Origin: Candidatus Peregrinibacteria bacterium
Lineage (GTDB): Bacteria; Patescibacteriota; Gracilibacteria; Peribacterales; Peribacteraceae
DNA length: 64,000 bases
NCBI GenBank assembly: GCA_037143575.1
Contig: JBAWYM010000001.1
Span: 8,327 to 72,326, forward strand
Reading direction: 5' to 3'
Shown here: positions 34,306 to 45,223 of the stretch, in pieces
How positions within the stretch are numbered: position 1 is the stretch's first letter
Layout: the number at the start of each line of letters is the position of its first letter
Position numbers and translations under genes: made by a program
Notes under the pieces: generated by a model
The model's input: only the letters and a program-made list of their open reading frames with translations
What the model was told of the DNA's origin: nothing
The model's database searches: none

Positions 34306-35497
34306 GGTTTTTGAGGTAATGAAGGACATGATCGATGTCTTTGTCTCCTCTGCCTGAGAGATTGATCAGAAGGATGTCTTCTCGCTTCAGAGAAGACCCG
34401 ATCTTCTGCGCGGCGGCGATCGCATGGGACGGCTCCAGCGCCGGGATGATGCCTTCCGTCTTCGTGAGGAGAAGGAACGCCGCGACGGCATCCTGATCGG
34501 TGACGGACACGTACCGCGCACGATCGATGTCCTTGAGGTGACTATGCTCCGGACCCACGCCCGGGTAATCGAGCCCTGCGGAGATACTGTGCGCTTCCAG
34601 AATCTGCCCGTCCTTATTCTGCAGACAGTAGCTGTAGGAGCCGTGGAGTGACCCCGGCCGTCCCATGCCGAGAGCAGCGCCATGCTTGCCGGTCTCCAGC
34701 CCTTCTCCCGCAGGTTCCACGCCGACGAGTCGCACGTCAGGGTCATCGAGGAACGCCTTGAAGATGCCAATGGCGTTGCTCCCGCCGCCAACGCAGGCGC
34801 ACACGGTATGCGGCAACTTTCCATATCTTTCCAAGCACTGCGCTCTCGCTTCGTCGCCAATCACGCGCTGGAAGTGTGCCACGAGAGTCGGAAATGGGTG
34901 AGGACCCGCGACCGTCCCGAAGACGTAGTACGTCTCCCTGCTCCTGGCTGTCCAGTACCGCAGCGCTTCGTTGATCGCGTCCTTGAGACTCTGCGAACCG
35001 GATTCGACCGCGATCACTTCCGCTCCGAAGAGCTTCATGCGTTGGACATTGGGATACTGCCGCTGAATATCCTTCGCTCCCATAAAGATTTTTGTGGGCA
35101 GCCCGAAGAGCGCACCCGCCATAGCGGTTGCCACTCCGTGCTGTCCCGCTCCAGTCTCGGCGATCAGCTCCTTCTTCCCCATGCGCAAAGCAAGCAGAGC
35201 CTGCCCGAGGACATTGTTCGTCTTGTGCGCTCCGCCATGGAGCAAATCTTCGCGCTTGAGAACGACGGTGCAACCAAACAGTTTGCTCAAATTCTTCATC
35301 TCCGTGATCGGGGTCGGTCGTCCGGCGAAATCCCGGAGCATATTGCTCAGCTCCTCTTGGAACGCTGGATCATCCTTGAATTTCAAGAAGGCAGCTTCTA
35401 CTTCAGTCAGAACGGGGACCAGCAGCTCTGAAACATAACAGCCGCCGTATGCCTGTCCAGAGTTATTTGAAGGCCCGAAGTTTCCGAGTGTTTTCAT
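34295..35497 (-). CDS. trpB: Tryptophan synthase beta chain
   Basis: [15 protein letters not shown] (PLP lysine) and [10 protein letters not shown] motifs. Confidence 0.95.
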   Translation of the reverse strand: MKTLGNFGPSNNSGQAYGGCYVSELLVPVLTEVEAAFLKFKDDPAFQEELSNMLRDFAGRPTPITEMKNLSKLFGCTVVLKREDLLHGGAHKTNNVLGQALLALRMGKKELIAETGAGQHGVATAMAGALFGLPTKIFMGAKDIQRQYPNVQRMKLFGAEVIAVESGSQSLKDAINEALRYWTARSRETYYVFGTVAGPHPFPTLVAHFQRVIGDEARAQCLERYGKLPHTVCACVGGGSNAIGIFKAFLDDPDVRLVGVEPAGEGLETGKHGAALGMGRPGSLHGSYSYCLQNKDGQILEAHSISAGLDYPGVGPEHSHLKDIDRARYVSVTDQDAVAAFLLLTKTEGIIPALEPSHAIAAAQKIGSSLKREDILLINLSGRGDKDIDHVLHYLKNHEL

Positions 35498-36087
35498 GAG
35501 AAAGATTGGGAGAAGGAGAACATCCTTTGATAATCTTTGATTCCCGGGTGAAATTCGATACCGCGAGCCGTGTCCACGGCAAAAGGCTGAACCGCATCCG
35601 CAACTTCTCTGACATTCGCAGGAGTGAGTCCTCCGGCGAGGAAGAGTTTCGATCGAATGGCAGAAGGCAATGCCGCAACCGAAGAAAAATCCGCCTCATC
35701 TGCACCTTCCGCCTTATCCAGAAGGAAATAGGGGCAAACGGAAAGAAACGACTCCAAAGTCGCAAGATTGGGAATACCACGGAACGCCTGAATGACCGGT
35801 TTACTGATGGCTTTCACCTTTTCCAGATCCGGTCTTCCGTGCAGCTGAACGTAATCGAGGTGGAGTGTGCGTGCGTAGTCTTCGATGACCTCAACAGAGT
35901 GATCTGCGAACACGCCCACGAATTTTGCTTTGCGAATGTCGCGACGGAGAAGCTTTGCTTCGCTCAGGGAAACTGAACGCGCGGAGGAAGGGACAAAAAT
36001 CAGTCCGAGGAAATCCACGTTCAGCGCTTCCGCTGACGTAATGTCGCATCCTCGGGTCATGCCGCAAAATTTGATCTTCGGTTTCAT
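35494..36087 (-). CDS. trpF: Phosphoribosylanthranilate isomerase
   Basis: KFCGMT start motif. Length and operon position fit. ATGA overlap with trpB. Confidence 0.85.
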   Translation of the reverse strand: MKPKIKFCGMTRGCDITSAEALNVDFLGLIFVPSSARSVSLSEAKLLRRDIRKAKFVGVFADHSVEVIEDYARTLHLDYVQLHGRPDLEKVKAISKPVIQAFRGIPNLATLESFLSVCPYFLLDKAEGADEADFSSVAALPSAIRSKLFLAGGLTPANVREVADAVQPFAVDTARGIEFHPGIKDYQRMFSFSQSFS

Positions 36088-36869
36088 GATTCTGGGGAGA
36101 AGCAAGAAAAAAGGGGCTTGTGGTCACTGGCCTTCAGAAGGGATGTGCCGATGAGGAATCCCTGCACGAACGGAGCAAGACGGCGAACGTCGCGTGGAGC
36201 AGAAATGCCGCTCTCGGCAATGACGGCACGCATCGTGGGGAGCTCATCTCTGAGCATTCCCGCAAGCAATTTGGTCGTGAGGAGATTCATCTTTCCGGTG
36301 TGGAGATCACGGTTATTGATCCCCAGCAGAAGGTGTTCTCTCCGGGCGTCATTAAACGTCCGCAGAACCTCCGCAATCTTCGTAACGTCTTCCTGTGAGT
36401 GAGATTCCAGAAGCACATCGAGGCCAAGATTGAACGCACAATCCATGAGATGGCGAAGATCATCACCGGAAAGGATCGCGGCGATGAGCAGAATGGCATC
36501 CGCTCCATGCAGTGCTGCAAGGTGAATCTGACGCTCCGAGAGAATGAACTCTTTGGCGAGGAGTGGTAGAGACGTGAGGGAGCGGACTTCGGCGAGGAGA
36601 TCGAAGCCTCCGCCGAAGAACTGGTGATCGCAAAGGATGGAGATTGCCTGGGCATGGCGGTTGAAAAGCGCCACCTGGGAAGGAACATCCTTGAGCTCCA
36701 GGAGCCTGCCACCCGAAGGCGAGATCGGCTTGATCTCCGCTATCAATGAAGGACGCTGGTTCATCACTGCAGAAACGAGAGAGGGATGATCTCTTCGTGT
36801 TGCCATAACCTCGGGAAGGAGGGCAATCTCCTCTCTCTTGTGCGCGACGATGGCATCGAGGAGGGTCAT
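36084..36869 (-). CDS. trpC: Indole-3-glycerol-phosphate synthase
   Basis: LIAEIKPISPSGG and ILLIAAIL motifs. ATG at 36869 overlaps the stop of the upstream gene. Confidence 0.9.
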   Translation of the reverse strand: MTLLDAIVAHKREEIALLPEVMATRRDHPSLVSAVMNQRPSLIAEIKPISPSGGRLLELKDVPSQVALFNRHAQAISILCDHQFFGGGFDLLAEVRSLTSLPLLAKEFILSERQIHLAALHGADAILLIAAILSGDDLRHLMDCAFNLGLDVLLESHSQEDVTKIAEVLRTFNDARREHLLLGINNRDLHTGKMNLLTTKLLAGMLRDELPTMRAVIAESGISAPRDVRRLAPFVQGFLIGTSLLKASDHKPLFSCFSPES

Positions 36870-38434
36870 CGGTATTGTTGGGAAAGGTCTCGGTATCGAA
36901 GGAAGAGCGCATGTACCGCGCCGGAATCGAGGGTTTTGCGGGCCAGAAAGAAAGCGGAGCGGAGAGACAATGCCGCACCCGCTAGAAGCAGCGCATGAGA
37001 AGCGTTCACGAGAACAAGGTTCCGTTGTGCTTCTGTTCCCTCGCCCTTCGCAACAGCAGCGAAGATCTTCGCATTCTCCTCGGCCGATCCACCTTCGATA
37101 GCGGAAGGCTGAGCAATCGGCAGACCCAAATCGGAGGGAAGGAAGAACTCTTCTTTGCCGGTCTCGGTATTCCGGATGACCGTCGGAGCGCAAACCGACA
37201 CCTCATCCAGTCCATCGAGTCCCGAAACGACAATGCCCCTGCCAATGCCGAGAATCTTCAAGCTCTCCGCCAACATTGTCGCATCCTCTGCTTTCCCCGT
37301 GCCGAGGAGCTGATGCGTGGCACCGGCGGGATTGCAGAGGGGTCCGAGGAAGTTGAAAATTGTCTTCTTGCCGTAGCGCTTGCGGAGCAGTGCGACGAAG
37401 CGCAGTGCCGGATGATGGAGAGGGGCAAAGAGGAAAACGATTCCAAGCTCATCGAATAACCGTCGTTCCGCTTCGGGCGAAAGCATGATATTCACCCCCA
37501 GATGTTTCAGGAGATCGAAGCAACCGCAGTTCCCGCTCGCCGATCTGTTCCCGTGCTTGGCAACCTTCCCTCCTGCCGCGGCGACGAGGAAAGCTGTCAG
37601 AGTAGAAGTGTTGATTGTCCTCTTGCCGCTGCCTCCGGTGCCACAGGTATCGATGGCCTCTGTACCAAGAGAAACAGGAACCATACGTTTCCTCAGAGCC
37701 AGTACTCCGTCAGCGAGAACGTCAGGGGTCATAGGAAGTTGGACCAATTTCTGAAAAGCCTGATTTCTCTGATCTTCAGAAGTTGCCTCAGAAAGAAGTA
37801 GATAGAGCAATGATTCGATGGATTGATGATCCGTTTCCTCCCTTGTAGATGAGGCCAGCGAAAGAAAGTTTTTGAGTATGCTCTTCCCTGACGGTGTGCC
37901 AATCGACTCCGGATGGAACTGTACACCGAAGAGCGGCAGGGACTCGTGCTCCATCGCCATCACGACCCCGTCCTCTGTCTCTGCAGTGACATGAAACTCT
38001 GGCGGTAGGGTTTCCGGTTCGACACAGAGCGAGTGGTAGCGCATAGCCTCGAATCCATCGACAATTCCGGCGAAGAGCGGACTGCTATGACGGAGCTGAA
38101 TACTCGATGCCTTGCCGTGAAATACGGAGGGTGCTCTGGAGACGGTCGCCCCGAAGTGCTTGCCGAGCACTTGATGACCCAGGCACACGCCGAGGAGAGG
38201 GATCTTCTCTGCGGCGGCGTAATCGATGAGCTCCTCCGAAATCCCGATATCCCGCTTCGTCGAGGGATTCCCAGGACCCGGACTGATGATGATGTGCGTG
38301 AAATGCAGACGACGAATATCGTCGATACTCACGGCATCGTTGCATTCGACGATCGGGTTACCGCCAAGTTCTCCGATCTCCTGATAGAGATTGAAAGTGA
38401 AAGAATCGTAGTTATCGAGGATGAGAGTTTTCAT
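36866..38434 (-). CDS. trpGD: Bifunctional anthranilate synthase component II / anthranilate phosphoribosyltransferase (TrpG-TrpD fusion)
   Basis: N-terminal part: ILDNYDSFTFNL and LGVCLGHQ. C-terminal part: DTCGTGGSGKRTINTST. Confidence 0.9.
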   Translation of the reverse strand: MKTLILDNYDSFTFNLYQEIGELGGNPIVECNDAVSIDDIRRLHFTHIIISPGPGNPSTKRDIGISEELIDYAAAEKIPLLGVCLGHQVLGKHFGATVSRAPSVFHGKASSIQLRHSSPLFAGIVDGFEAMRYHSLCVEPETLPPEFHVTAETEDGVVMAMEHESLPLFGVQFHPESIGTPSGKSILKNFLSLASSTREETDHQSIESLLYLLLSEATSEDQRNQAFQKLVQLPMTPDVLADGVLALRKRMVPVSLGTEAIDTCGTGGSGKRTINTSTLTAFLVAAAGGKVAKHGNRSASGNCGCFDLLKHLGVNIMLSPEAERRLFDELGIVFLFAPLHHPALRFVALLRKRYGKKTIFNFLGPLCNPAGATHQLLGTGKAEDATMLAESLKILGIGRGIVVSGLDGLDEVSVCAPTVIRNTETGKEEFFLPSDLGLPIAQPSAIEGGSAEENAKIFAAVAKGEGTEAQRNLVLVNASHALLLAGAALSLRSAFFLARKTLDSGAVHALFLRYRDLSQQYR

Positions 38435-39837
38435 GATGCGCTGTGGGAAGTATTTGCTAATTGCAAAGCCGCAAGGCAGCTCCTCGCTTTGTGCAGACAT
38501 TCATCATCCTCATGTTCCGGAACGCTATCTTTGACGATCCCCGCCCCTACCCGAAGGCTGATGGAATCGTTCTGAAAGAGCATTGTCCTAATCGTGATCG
38601 CGAAATCGAGGTTGCCCGAGAGATCGATGTACCCGAACGCCCCGCCGTAGACCCCTCTCGGAGAACGCTCCAGACGACGAATGATCTCCATCGCCCGGAC
38701 TTTCGGCGCACCCGTGAGAGTCCCGGCCGGAAAGACCGACCGCACGACATCGAGCGATGTTTTGTCCGATCGTACCTGTCCGACAATCTCCGAGACGAGG
38801 TGGTAGACGTGCGCGTACTGCTCGATGTGCACGGGATCCCGCACCTTCACCGAGCCGATCTCCGCGACCCTCCCCACATCATTCCTCCCGAGATCGACAA
38901 GCATCTGGTGCTCGCAGAGCTCCTTCTCATCATGGAGAAGATCTTCCTGTGATGCTTCGTCTTTCACTGCGTCTCCCGTCCTCTTCCGTGTTCCGGCGAT
39001 GGGTCGGTAGAGAATCTGCCGCCCTTCGACGCGTACGAGCGTTTCCGGTGAAGCTCCGACGATAATGAATGCGGGTGTCTGGAAGTAATACATGTACGGC
39101 GAAGGATTGATCCTTCGAAGCTCTTCGTAGACGCGATCAGGGGGAACAGTGCTGGGCATACGCAATTCCTGGCTCAGGACGACTTGGAATGCCTCGCCGG
39201 AAAGAATCTCTTCCTGGATGTTCTGTACGGATGCACAGAAATCCTCTCGCGATGTCTGACGATACGGTTCGATCTCTTCGAGAGTCGGCATGAGTACAGA
39301 AGGCTCGGCAACGCCGTCTTTCCACTTCCGATCATCGAAGAAAGGTGATGAGAGAATGATGCGTTCGATCTCGTAAAGATCTTCTTTCGAGTCTTCGTGT
39401 GTGATCATGGTAATCTCTTGAGCGGCATGGTCGATCTTCAAGATGACCTCCGGAAGAATGAATAATGCATCGGGAATGGTTGGGTCAGGAGTCAATTCAA
39501 TGAATTCAAACTGGCGCGCTGCTTCGTAACTTAGAAATCCGACGTAGCCCATTCGTAGCCGTGTATCGTTCGTTCCAGATCCGATCAATCCCTGAAAGAC
39601 CGAAAGAACATCGTGAACTTTCCCATCCGGAATGTACCGGGATCCACGGACTTCGCCATTCTGCACGGTGAGCACGTCACGCGCCCCCAAGCAGACGAAC
39701 GAGAGATCGTTATTGCCCTTGCGATCCGCAGATTCCAGGAGTGCGCAGTAATCGCGCTTGATCCCCAGTTTCCGCAGGAGGAAGAGTGGATCGCAGTGCT
39801 GAGGCCGGAGGGTGGTGAAGGTGAGAGGGAAGTCCAT
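38431..39837 (-). CDS. trpE: Anthranilate synthase component I
   Basis: YRPIAGTRKRT and GAFGYIDLSGNLDFAITIRT motifs. ATG at 39837. Confidence 0.9.
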   Translation of the reverse strand: MDFPLTFTTLRPQHCDPLFLLRKLGIKRDYCALLESADRKGNNDLSFVCLGARDVLTVQNGEVRGSRYIPDGKVHDVLSVFQGLIGSGTNDTRLRMGYVGFLSYEAARQFEFIELTPDPTIPDALFILPEVILKIDHAAQEITMITHEDSKEDLYEIERIILSSPFFDDRKWKDGVAEPSVLMPTLEEIEPYRQTSREDFCASVQNIQEEILSGEAFQVVLSQELRMPSTVPPDRVYEELRRINPSPYMYYFQTPAFIIVGASPETLVRVEGRQILYRPIAGTRKRTGDAVKDEASQEDLLHDEKELCEHQMLVDLGRNDVGRVAEIGSVKVRDPVHIEQYAHVYHLVSEIVGQVRSDKTSLDVVRSVFPAGTLTGAPKVRAMEIIRRLERSPRGVYGGAFGYIDLSGNLDFAITIRTMLFQNDSISLRVGAGIVKDSVPEHEDDECLHKARSCLAALQLANTSHSAS

Positions 39838-39868
39838 GGGAGAGGGTCGGGGTGAGGGAATTGAGAAA

Positions 39869-39900
39869 CAAAAAAAGCCCCTCCGCTCAGGGAAGGGCTT
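39869..39900 (-). terminator. Attenuator terminator upstream of trpE (GCCCTTCC-ctgagc-GGAGGGGC + T7)
   Basis: On the minus strand an 8-bp stem is followed by TTTTTTT, ending about 30 nt before the trpE ATG. Confidence 0.7.
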
Positions 39901-39923
39901 TGGATTCAAAGTTCAGAGCACCC

Positions 39924-39992
39924 TTACCGCGAAGCGAAATGTGTAAGGCTCTGCCACCAACCAAGCCGACGGGAAGTGCTGTACTTATACAC
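39924..39992 (-). CDS. Candidate trp leader peptide with tandem Trp codons (...RRLGWWQSLTHFASR)
   Basis: TGG TGG at 39959-39954. The frame is open upstream to in-frame GTG 39992, TTG 40028 and GTG 40046, with no in-frame ATG. The stop TAA at 39926-39924 lies inside hairpin segment 2. Confidence 0.45.
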   Translation of the reverse strand: MYKYSTSRRLGWWQSLTHFASR

Positions 39993-40140
39993 CGGTACAA
40001 TGGTACATATAGGTTTGGATGAATGCAAGGGATTTTTTCCGGTCACACCCGAGCATAATCCGCATTCCTCGTTTGGGATGCGAAAGCGGTTCGAAATTCC
40101 TCAAACACGGTGCACCATCGAAGAAAATCAGGAATGAAAA

Positions 40141-40198
40141 AATGTCATCCTTCGATGCTTCGTCTGTGCTCAGCACAGGCTCCGCTCAGGATGACATT
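40141..40198. repeat. Palindromic REP-like element
   Basis: AATGTCATCCTTCGATGCTTCG...GCTCCGCTCAGGATGACATT. The core is nearly identical to 42410-42456. Confidence 0.85.
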
Positions 40199-40227
40199 TC
40201 TTCATTAATTCTCGTCAAAGAAAACGT

Positions 40228-41670
40228 CTACGACCCCGATATCGTCACGGTCGCAGCAGTGGAAGTCACTCCCAGCGAAGCACGAGTCGGGCTGGAGAGA
40301 CCCACGGTGAAGTTTTTGCCGATAGACCCACCCGGCTTCAAAATCGGGATGGCAATCGTCTTGCTGTACTCACCGGGGAAGAATGTGAGCGTACCGGAGA
40401 ACTGGGTGAACTCTTTGCTCGGCAACGCTGTACCGGCAATGGTCGTGTACACCACTGAAGCCTGACCGATCGTCCCACCGATACGATTGACCGTGAGAAT
40501 GGCATTGGCTCCTTCGGGCGCACTCACCGACGTATTGTCGAAGAGGAACGAACCACTGCCGGGCTTCTCCACCTCATCATCGGTGATCGCAAGATTGATA
40601 AGGGAAGGAGCGGCAATCGTCGCGCCTCCTGTGGGAGTGGTGATGTTGAGCCGAAGAAGCTTCTTCCCATCGGGCGTCGCATTGTAGATGACCGCCACAG
40701 TAAAGGTCTTCGTCGTCTCGCCTGCTGCGAAGGTGATCACTCCTGCAGAGGGCTGGTAATTGATACCACTCCGGGCGGTATTGTCTGATGTCGTATAGGA
40801 AACGCCAACCTGACCATTCGTTCCATTCGTGCGATTGAGAGTGATCGTCGCAAGTCCGATACTCTCGGATACTTCGTAGGCTGCCGCACTGAAACCGATC
40901 GTCCCTGCTCCGCTCACGGCACCTGCCGACGTCTGAGAAGCGGCACTGGAAGACGCTGTGCCCACAGGCTGACTACCAAGAATGGTGAGTGTCGCTGTGT
41001 TGATAGACCCAAGTGTCGCGCCGCCAGTGGGATTGGCGAGGGAGAGAAGCACCGTACGCGCAGAGAGCCCACTCTTGTTTTTGAGCTGTATCGAAAAGGT
41101 CTTCGTGGCTTCGCCATCGCGGAAGTTCAAGACGGAATTGGTGACCTCGATGAAGTCTGTACCGACGACCGCCGTGCCGGCTTTCACAGAGTAGGCGACG
41201 GAGACCACACCGCGAGACCCACCCGCACGTGTCACACTGAAGACCATCGTGGGGATAGACTGCGGAACGGTGAAGGAAGACATGGCAAAGGTAAAGGCTC
41301 CGATAGGATTGGCTGCAACGGCTCCCGCACTACTGGAACTCACGACTGTCGATGCAGTGGAAGAAGGAGTCGTTTGCGTCGGAGTATAGCTCGATCCACG
41401 GATATCGTCACGAAGACGCTTGAGCAAGACTGCAAGTTCTCCGCGTGTGACAGGATTATCCGGTCCGAACGTGCCGTTGCTGTACCCTTTGATAATATTG
41501 AGGTTGTACATCTCTCCCACGGCCTCATCGTAAAAAGTTCCTTCCGACATATCAGTGAAAACGGCTGAGCCTCGCATGGTAGCGAGAGCACCCATCGAGA
41601 GTCCGCCGAGGAGAACACCGGCGAGCAGTGATGGAACGGCGATCGTGAACAATCGTGAGGGGAGACGCAT
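40228..41670 (-). CDS. Surface protein: SLH domain plus four Calx-beta-like repeats
   Basis: Signal peptide. GYSNGTFGPDNPVTRGELAVLL (SLH). Repeated ...V.R.GG..G...V.Y.T..GTA..G.D[FY]......L.F..GE..KT[FI].I blocks. Confidence 0.65.
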   Translation of the reverse strand: MRLPSRLFTIAVPSLLAGVLLGGLSMGALATMRGSAVFTDMSEGTFYDEAVGEMYNLNIIKGYSNGTFGPDNPVTRGELAVLLKRLRDDIRGSSYTPTQTTPSSTASTVVSSSSAGAVAANPIGAFTFAMSSFTVPQSIPTMVFSVTRAGGSRGVVSVAYSVKAGTAVVGTDFIEVTNSVLNFRDGEATKTFSIQLKNKSGLSARTVLLSLANPTGGATLGSINTATLTILGSQPVGTASSSAASQTSAGAVSGAGTIGFSAAAYEVSESIGLATITLNRTNGTNGQVGVSYTTSDNTARSGINYQPSAGVITFAAGETTKTFTVAVIYNATPDGKKLLRLNITTPTGGATIAAPSLINLAITDDEVEKPGSGSFLFDNTSVSAPEGANAILTVNRIGGTIGQASVVYTTIAGTALPSKEFTQFSGTLTFFPGEYSKTIAIPILKPGGSIGKNFTVGLSSPTRASLGVTSTAATVTISGS

Positions 41671-41796
41671 AGAAAAAGGGGGGAAGGACAAAGAGGAAAC
41701 CGGAGAGAGTATGGGAACGATGAAAGGAATAAAGCAAGTGACAGCGGCAAAATCCGTAGGACATGATTATTTCTGTCCTATGGAACCTCTGAATAA

Positions 41797-41876
41797 TTGC
41801 CAATTTGTCACAGTGAGCCGTGTCGAACTGCGACAAATTGGCAAATGTCATGGTTCGACACGGCTCACCATGACAT
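41797..41876. repeat. Composite two-hairpin element, copy 2
   Basis: TTGCCAATTTGTCACAG...CTGCGACAAATTGGCAA followed by TGTCATGGTTCGACACGGCTCACCATGACA. Confidence 0.85.
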
Positions 41877-41920
41877 GCTCGAAAATATTTCAGAGGTTCC
41901 CTTGTATTTGCCCTCCCTAC

Positions 41921-41948
41921 TTGACTCTCCGAATTAGCACTCTACAAT
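41921..41948 (+). promoter_or_regulatory. groESL promoter TTGACT-N16-TACAAT
   Basis: Read directly from the sequence. Overlaps the CIRCE operator. Confidence 0.65.
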
Positions 41949-41960
41949 ACCGACTGCTAA
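41934..41960 (+). promoter_or_regulatory. CIRCE (HrcA) operator TTAGCACTC-N9-GACTGCTAA
   Basis: One mismatch to the consensus TTAGCACTC-N9-GAGTGCTAA. Positioned upstream of groES. Confidence 0.8.
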
Positions 41961-42073
41961 TTCCGTCATTGTCCTAACAAAAGAATAGGATGATTCTCGG
42001 GCATTGGCGCGAAAAAGCCCGCGCGAAGCATCGCGCACTGTAGAAATTATTTTTCATTTTCCCCATCCTTTCT

Positions 42074-42409
42074 ATGTCCACCCCCAAAATTCCGCAGCTC
42101 GCGGTGAAGATCGCTCCGCTCGGTGACCGCGTGGTCGTGCATCCTCTTGCACAGGAACAAGTGACGGCTTCCGGCCTCATCATCCCCGATACCGCTTCCG
42201 GTGAGAAACCACAGGAAGGAGTAGTCCTCGCCATGGGCAAGGGCGGCATCAGCAAAGACACGGCCAATCCGTCGGAATTCCTGAAGGTCGGCGATCGCGT
42301 CCTCTTCGGCAAGTACGCCGGTGACGATGTGAAGCTGAAGGATAAGGACGGCAAAGACGTGGAAGTGAAAGTCCTCCACCTCGATTCCATCTTAGGTAAA
42401 GTCGAATAG
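42074..42409 (+). CDS. groES: Co-chaperonin GroES
   Basis: IAPLGDRVVV...ASGLIIPDTA...GVVLAMGKG pattern. Confidence 0.95.
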   Translation: MSTPKIPQLAVKIAPLGDRVVVHPLAQEQVTASGLIIPDTASGEKPQEGVVLAMGKGGISKDTANPSEFLKVGDRVLFGKYAGDDVKLKDKDGKDVEVKVLHLDSILGKVE

Positions 42410-42456
42410 TTCGATGCTTCGACTCGGCTCAGCACAGGCTCCGCTCACTATGACAT
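42410..42456. repeat. REP-like element between groES and groEL
   Basis: TTCGATGCTTCGACTCGGCTCAGCACAGGCTCCGCTCACTATGACAT. Followed by a TTCTTAA-type simple repeat extending to 42492. Confidence 0.8.
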
Positions 42457-42485
42457 TTTCTTAATTCTTCATTCCTAATTCTTAA

Positions 42486-44138
<1,653 letters not shown>

Positions 44139-44145
44139 TCCGAAG

Positions 44146-44188
44146 TTAAAAAACGTAGGACAGGAATATTCCTGTCCTACGTTTTTTT
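44146..44188. terminator. Bidirectional intrinsic terminator (12-bp stem, A6 / T7 flanks)
   Basis: AAAAAACGTAGGACAGG-aatatt-CCTGTCCTACGTTTTTTT between convergent genes. Confidence 0.85.
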
Positions 44189-44200
44189 GTACGGAATCCA

Positions 44201-45106
44201 TTACTCCAGTCTCAGCGTGTACTGCGGCACTGTCGGGAAGAGCTTCGCCTTCACCGTCTCTGGTTCCACCTCGGAGAAGTCGAGTGATGTCGTCTGATGA
44301 TCGAGCGCGAATTGGATATCGAGGAGATTCATGAAGTGCCCAATCCCCGGGAAACGCTGCACGTCGGAGCCGCAAAATAAAGGATAAAAAATCGAATTCC
44401 AAGAGAAGGCACAGTCGACAGCGGCAAGTACACCGCCAATCCGCACAGAAAGCACATGCACCTTGTACGGCTTTGGCCTCGTCGGATCCACGAGCTTCCT
44501 CAGACACGCGAGCATCTTCTCATCGTGCCACGGGGAATCCGTGAACTTCGCCCTGTTCCATCCGATCATCGCATCCAGATCTTCCAGGTGATTCTCGGAG
44601 ATAATGGGTGACTGCGCAGTGATGACGCGCTGATCGTGACGAACGTTGCTTCGCAGTTTCTTCGGGAGCGTCATCAGATAGTCATCAACACTCCCAATGG
44701 CAGAGAGCGAAAGCACGGACTTCGAATTCTGAGACGTAAGAACTGCGCGCTCGCCGATCTGATGACGCAGGAGCTCAGCACAGGAATTCAGAAGACACGG
44801 ACGTGGAAGATGCGATAGAAGCTCTTCAATGTCACAGCTTTCCCGAACCCAGAACGCATTGTCCTCCTGCCAGTTGAACTCATCGCCGGTATCGCCGAAC
44901 CACAGGTACCGCTTCTGCTCCGGATGAAACCACAGCGGCACCATTCCCTTGTCCGGAAGCACGACGAACGCGGGCGCGAATCCGTAAACTTCGTAAAACG
45001 GCATGCGAAATTCCCACAATTCATAGAGGCTCCGCCTCGGGGAGAACTCGTCCCAGAGTGCTCTGCAGTAATCGATGTTGCTTTCGATGGAAGGGAAAGA
45101 AGGCAT
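44201..45106 (-). CDS. CelD/BioF2-like GNAT-fold acyltransferase
   Basis: The C-terminal half (VLSVRIGGVLAAVDCAFSWNSIFYPLFCGSD...FPGIGHFMNLLDIQFA) resembles the Acetyltransf_6 / FemAB-like fold pattern. ATG at 45106. Confidence 0.5.
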   Translation of the reverse strand: MPSFPSIESNIDYCRALWDEFSPRRSLYELWEFRMPFYEVYGFAPAFVVLPDKGMVPLWFHPEQKRYLWFGDTGDEFNWQEDNAFWVRESCDIEELLSHLPRPCLLNSCAELLRHQIGERAVLTSQNSKSVLSLSAIGSVDDYLMTLPKKLRSNVRHDQRVITAQSPIISENHLEDLDAMIGWNRAKFTDSPWHDEKMLACLRKLVDPTRPKPYKVHVLSVRIGGVLAAVDCAFSWNSIFYPLFCGSDVQRFPGIGHFMNLLDIQFALDHQTTSLDFSEVEPETVKAKLFPTVPQYTLRLE

Positions 45107-45223
45107 AGCTATTGTGATGAACCAACAATTCAATTGTCAAAAGCTGAAGCCGAAGCTCGGTTCCTATGATGAAGGAAAATCGTGAAACGACTACTTTACA
45201 AGTTGCAGCATAAGTAATATAGT

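Noticed and set aside
39838-40060. A T-box riboswitch as the explanation for the trpE leader.
   Set aside because: - The nearest match to the T-box core (GGUGGUACCGCG) is TTGGTGGCAGAGCC, which is weak.
- That match lies about 55 nt from the terminator rather than forming its antiterminator.
- I could not identify a Stem I with a specifier loop.

A covariance-model scan should still be run.
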